20,022 nt of DNA, taken from NCBI GenBank assembly GCA_964236955.1, contig CAXSGP010000069.1, positions 5,028 through 25,049 on the forward strand, read 5' to 3'. Below the pieces are notes generated by a model. The model ran no database searches. It was not told the origin of the DNA and was given only the letters and a program-made list of their open reading frames with translations. The position numbers and the translations under genes are program-made. Of the stretch, positions 16,133 through 20,022 are shown one piece after another (position 1 is the first letter of the stretch; each line of letters opens with the position of its first letter). The DNA comes from an uncultured Oligoflexus sp. Its GTDB lineage: Bacteria > Bdellovibrionota_B > Oligoflexia > Oligoflexales > Oligoflexaceae.

Positions 16133-17242
16133 ATGAGACCCTGGTATGGGCAAAGCCGCCTCCGTGCGACCCTGCTGATTGTCTGTCTATTTTGGCATAT
16201 TTTACCGCTTCAGGGCTTTGCTGCCGATTTTTCTAAAGCCTCTCTGACCACGCCGATCGGGAGACGGTCCTCGCTCCGCATCGGATCGTTCAACATCCAG
16301 GTTTTTGGCGAATCGAAAGTTAACAAGTCCTTTGTCAAAGACACCATACTTTCGCTTATTTCGCGTTATGACATAATCTTCATTCAAGAAATTCGAGATG
16401 ATAAGAACAAAGCAATCTATGAGCTGCTCAAACTCTTAAATGAAGGGAGCGGCAAAAGTTATCAGGCACTCGTGAGCACGCGATTGGGCAAAGGTGAAAT
16501 GAAAGAGCAATACGCTTATTTTTATGATCCTGCTGTGATCACCGCCATCGATTCTTATGTCTATGATGATGTTCACGATGATTTTTCACGCGAGCCATTT
16601 GTTGCACGATTTAAAGGCCAGGGTCGTATCTTTACCCTTGCTGGCATTCACGTAGCGCCTACCAATGTTAAAAAGGAGCTGGTAGCCCTTGGCGATGTGA
16701 AGATCGGCATCAAACAAAGATATTCTGACGATAATACCTTTTTCATGGGTGACTTCAATGCTGACTGCCAGTACTACAAGGAAACAGAGGGCTTTGACTA
16801 TTTTGACGAAGCGCCACGCCTTCTGATGAGTAACGACGAAGACACGACCGTCGCGCCTAGCTCCTGCACCTATGACCGGGTCCTCGGCTTTGGAGATATT
16901 CAGAAATTTGCCAGTGATGCTCACGCCTTTAATTTTATGAACTTGTTCAATATTGACCTTAATAATGCGAAGTTGGTCTCCGATCATTTTCCCATAGAAT
17001 TTACGATAGACGGTACCGGTGATATGGACGAGATTACGCCCATCCCCTCTAAGTTACTGCCTTTGGAGGGAAGCGAGGAACCTGGCTCCGTAACGGGAAC
17101 GGATCAAGCTGGCGAGCCCATAGCACCTCCTGATTCCAAAGCGTCCAGCTGTGGCTTGGAGCCTTACAAAACTCCTGCAGGCTTTTGCTACGGAAGTTTT
17201 GACGGCAAAAAGAAACGAGTGACCGGAGTCTGCTGTCTTTGA
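16133..17242 (+). CDS. Secreted DNase I-like endonuclease (EEP superfamily)
   Basis: Signal peptide. Motifs SFNIQVFG, QEIRD, KEQYAY, FSREPFVARF, H, MGDFNADC, CTYDR and VSDHFPIEF. SD GAGGAG. Confidence 0.92.
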   Translation: MRPWYGQSRLRATLLIVCLFWHILPLQGFAADFSKASLTTPIGRRSSLRIGSFNIQVFGESKVNKSFVKDTILSLISRYDIIFIQEIRDDKNKAIYELLKLLNEGSGKSYQALVSTRLGKGEMKEQYAYFYDPAVITAIDSYVYDDVHDDFSREPFVARFKGQGRIFTLAGIHVAPTNVKKELVALGDVKIGIKQRYSDDNTFFMGDFNADCQYYKETEGFDYFDEAPRLLMSNDEDTTVAPSSCTYDRVLGFGDIQKFASDAHAFNFMNLFNIDLNNAKLVSDHFPIEFTIDGTGDMDEITPIPSKLLPLEGSEEPGSVTGTDQAGEPIAPPDSKASSCGLEPYKTPAGFCYGSFDGKKKRVTGVCCL

Positions 17243-17755
17243 CTATTTGCGAGTCCATATTGAAGTCGTATAGGGAAAGGCCGAGGCGGTGACTTTTTCG
17301 CTTTCCTCGCATTTAAAGGCATCGAGGGCTTCGAGGGGATAGGTCGTATCGCCAGCCAGGTCCAGATGAATGCGAGTCAAATATATCTTTTGAATGATAT
17401 GCAGGGTCTGTCTATAGATCTCACCGCCACCAATAATACAAATTTCATTGCCCCATTTCGGGGCCATTTCCCGGGCATGCCTTAAAGCTGAATCCAAAGT
17501 GCTTGCCGGCGTCACGATTCTTGGCAGCATCTCTTTGCTACGGGATAAGACAATGCTGTAACGCCCGGGCAAGGGTCGGCCAATAGATTCAAAGGTTTTC
17601 CGGCCCATGACCAGCACTTTGCCCATTGTGATGGATTTAAACCGCTTAAGCTCGTCGGGCAGATGCCAGGGCATGCCGCCGTCTCTACCTATAACCCCGT
17701 TCTCGGAACAAGCTACAACATGTGATAGTAGTGGCGACACCTTTTCTCCTTGCAT
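17243..17755 (-). CDS. folA: Dihydrofolate reductase
   Basis: Motifs NGVIG..G.MPW.LP.EL..FK..T, MGRKTFESIGRPLPGR, IIGGGEIY and GDT. Lies downstream of thyA. Confidence 0.96.
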   Translation of the reverse strand: MQGEKVSPLLSHVVACSENGVIGRDGGMPWHLPDELKRFKSITMGKVLVMGRKTFESIGRPLPGRYSIVLSRSKEMLPRIVTPASTLDSALRHAREMAPKWGNEICIIGGGEIYRQTLHIIQKIYLTRIHLDLAGDTTYPLEALDAFKCEESEKVTASAFPYTTSIWTRK

Positions 17756-17850
17756 CTTTTAAGTCCTAGTTGGCAGTCGGGCTCATATTATCAAGTGCAA
17801 GCGGCCTGATGCACGGCCTTAATGAGGATGGCTGCAAATAAAAGTCGTCA

Positions 17851-18708
17851 TTAGACAGATACCTGCCCTTTAATGCCCGGCATAGGGTCGTAGCCTACGA
17901 GTTCAAAGTCCTCGAAGGAGTAATCATAGATTGAGTGTGGTTGGCGCTTGATAATCAGCTTGGGAAGTTGCTTAGGGGAGCGGCTGAGTTGAAGGTTGAC
18001 CTGTTCCATGTGGTTTTTGTAGATATGAACATCACCACCACTCCAAATAAATTCGCCGGGTTCGAGTCCGGTTTGCTGGGCTACCATCATCGTCAGCAGA
18101 CTATAGCTTGCCACGTTGAATGGAACGCCTAAGAAGAGGTCTGCACTCCGTTGGGTCAGCATGCAGGAGAGTTTGCCCTCTTGAACGGCAAATTGGAAAA
18201 AGGCATGGCAGGGCGCGAGGCAGCCCTTGCCTGCTCTAACGTTCTCCTGGGGAGTGAGATTGGGGTCGGGTAGGGTAGCGGGGTTCCAGGCGCTGACGAC
18301 CAGGCGACGGCTGTCCGGGCGGGATTTGATCTCATTGATGACCTTATCGATCTGATTAATGTCTTGGCCGTCAGGACCTTTGTAGTGAATCCAGTTTACG
18401 CCGTAAAGCGGCCCGACGCTGGGGTAGCGCTCGCCGTTGTCACGAACGAGTTCAGTTTCCCATGCCTTCCAGATCGAGACCCCCTGCTCATTGAGGTAGG
18501 TCGTATCGTCAACGCCTTTGAGAAACCAAAGGAGTTCATGGACAACACTTTTAAAATGGACTTTTTTGGTCGTGAGCAGAGGGAAGCCCTGGCTTAAATC
18601 AAAGCGCATCATGCGGCCAAATACAGACGCGGTGCCGGTGCCGGTACGGTCTGATTTTTGAACAGAGTTAGCAAGGACATCTTTCAGAAGATCCATATAT
18701 TGCTGCAT
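17851..18708 (-). CDS. thyA: Thymidylate synthase
   Basis: MQQY start at 18708. Motifs [52 protein letters not shown] and GDVHIY.NH. Confidence 0.97.
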   Translation of the reverse strand: MQQYMDLLKDVLANSVQKSDRTGTGTASVFGRMMRFDLSQGFPLLTTKKVHFKSVVHELLWFLKGVDDTTYLNEQGVSIWKAWETELVRDNGERYPSVGPLYGVNWIHYKGPDGQDINQIDKVINEIKSRPDSRRLVVSAWNPATLPDPNLTPQENVRAGKGCLAPCHAFFQFAVQEGKLSCMLTQRSADLFLGVPFNVASYSLLTMMVAQQTGLEPGEFIWSGGDVHIYKNHMEQVNLQLSRSPKQLPKLIIKRQPHSIYDYSFEDFELVGYDPMPGIKGQVSV

Positions 18709-18733
18709 TGATATTCCATTATCTAAGGGGTTG

Positions 18734-18915
18734 GGCATTATCCGGCGGCTGAAACCCGAAAGACAACTGGAGGCTGCGGCGGCTTTTGCAGCGTTCGGCA
18801 GCAATGACCTTTCCGGGGTTCATCAGGTTCCAATAGGCTTGAATGGCAAGGTCCCAAGGAATAAAGCCTCTCCTATAATAGTCGCCGGCCTGGATACTTC
18901 AATTACGAATATGCC
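18734..18915. ncRNA. Candidate rod-like structured RNA (~182 nt; 6S-like or thyA leader), strand unresolved
   Basis: Nested pairings GGCAT/ATGCC, TGAA/TTCA, GGAG/CTCC, GGCTTT/AAAGCC and GACCTT/AAGGTC across the thyA-TetR gap. Confidence 0.4.
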
Positions 18916-18972
18916 TCGCACCTGAGGAGCTTCTGTTTACGGGTTGGATTGCTTGGGAAGGACGAGGGGGGG

Positions 18973-19743
18973 TTAATTTTCCGCTTCGAAATCCATCGCT
19001 TCAGGCGACGCTCCCATAAAGGGACTGTCATCACTGTCTGTTTCCATGTCTTGATGATGGGAAAGCTGGTGCAAGGCATGTGTTGGCAGGTCGGAAGTGC
19101 TGGGATCCTGAGCGTAAAAGGCTACAAGTCCGTCAACCGGCGCAAGCGTTCGGCGAAAGATGTCGAGGATGATGTCAGGATGGACAATCGATTGCATGCG
19201 ATTGGCTTCTGAGGGAAGCCAGTTCCGGCAGCTTTCCCAAATTCCCCAGCTGAGTATAGTAAGTTGGTCGATGGGGAGGTCTCTCCGGATAGCCTGGACG
19301 TCCTGGCCGCAGGCTAGGAAGTCCTGGATCCAGACTTCTATGGCGTTAACCGTGGCGATAGCAGGGTGGCCCTCGCTCCGGCTTTCTTGAGTTAGAAAGT
19401 TCGTTACGAATTGGCTGACAGCGGGTTTGCGGTAGAGAGTGCGGTAAAATTCAAGAAGGAGGTCCTCGGCAAGGGACCAAAATGCTTCTCTAGTGAGCAC
19501 AATGCCCATTGAAAGTTGGGTGACTTTTCTAAAGTCGCGGAGCGTGGCTTTGTGGATAGTCAGGAAGAGGTCTTCCTTGGATTTGAAGTAGTAGTACATG
19601 GTACCTTTGGCCATTTGACAATTTTTAATAATTCGATTGAAAGACGCGTCTTTATAGCGACTACTAGCGAATTCTTCGATAGCCACGGACAGGATGTGGG
19701 CGAAACGCTCAGTGGTTAATCCTTCTATACGTGCTGTTGGCAT
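18973..19743 (-). CDS. TetR/AcrR family transcriptional regulator
   Basis: N-terminal HTH: A.EEFA...Y..AS.NRII....MAKGTMYYYFKSKEDLF. SD AGGAG upstream. Confidence 0.92.
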   Translation of the reverse strand: MPTARIEGLTTERFAHILSVAIEEFASSRYKDASFNRIIKNCQMAKGTMYYYFKSKEDLFLTIHKATLRDFRKVTQLSMGIVLTREAFWSLAEDLLLEFYRTLYRKPAVSQFVTNFLTQESRSEGHPAIATVNAIEVWIQDFLACGQDVQAIRRDLPIDQLTILSWGIWESCRNWLPSEANRMQSIVHPDIILDIFRRTLAPVDGLVAFYAQDPSTSDLPTHALHQLSHHQDMETDSDDSPFMGASPEAMDFEAEN

Positions 19744-19943
19744 ATAAGTGACTCCTGTAAGGATCCCTCATTTTAACACTGTGACCGCTTCATCGTCGCC
19801 TTCAATGTGTCGGCCTGCTGTAGCTTTGGCCCTGACAGGAAGTTTTCGAAGTAAATTTGGAAATTCTTAGAGAATTCCTAAGTTTGGCACTTGACTGAAA
19901 ACGGAATCTTTGGGATGTTTGGCCCCTACTTCTAGTTCCTTCT

Positions 19944-20017
19944 GCAGTCATAGCTCAGCTGGATAGAGCATCAGGCTTCGAACCTGAGGGTCGGGGGTTC
20001 GAATCCCTCTGACTGCG
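19944..20017 (+). tRNA. tRNA-Arg (anticodon UCG)
   Basis: Acceptor stem GCAGTCA/TGACTGC, D arm GCTC-AGCTGGATA-GAGC, anticodon arm TCAGG-CT-TCG-AA-CCTGA, T arm GGGGG-TTCGAAT-CCCTC. CCA is not encoded. Confidence 0.96.
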
Positions 20018-20022
20018 CATCT

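Noticed and set aside
18709..18804. N-terminal extension of ThyA in the ORF track
   Set aside because: The canonical MQQY start is at 18708; the extension overlaps the structured intergenic segment and is not ThyA-like.

Overview
Bacterial chromosomal window of mostly housekeeping and envelope or secreted-protein genes. The gene content suggests a delta-proteobacterial or Bdellovibrionota-like organism, which is inference only. In order: the 3' end of a hypothetical protein; a membrane protein; a PI-PLC-X lipoprotein with a beta/gamma-crystallin tail; a vWA lipoprotein; two small hypotheticals; DUF3095; an RluA/RluD pseudouridine synthase; a WecB/TagA glycosyltransferase; ybaK; GH44; GT2; a NYN nuclease; a secreted beta-rich protein; a DNase I-like nuclease; folA; thyA; a TetR regulator; and tRNA-Arg(UCG). 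The standout is the apparently non-coding 1.3 kb gap at 1750-3040, a tandem array of three ~410-420 bp units. Each unit has a palindromic upstream element 141-142 bp before a sigma54 (-24/-12) promoter, followed by a ~140-147 nt structured RNA with a covarying 5' stem, an invariant 20-nt C/U-rich motif and an intrinsic terminator. This looks like three paralogous sigma54-dependent small RNAs. Two further ~180 nt structured intergenic segments (6226-6404 and 18734-18915) are weaker ncRNA candidates.
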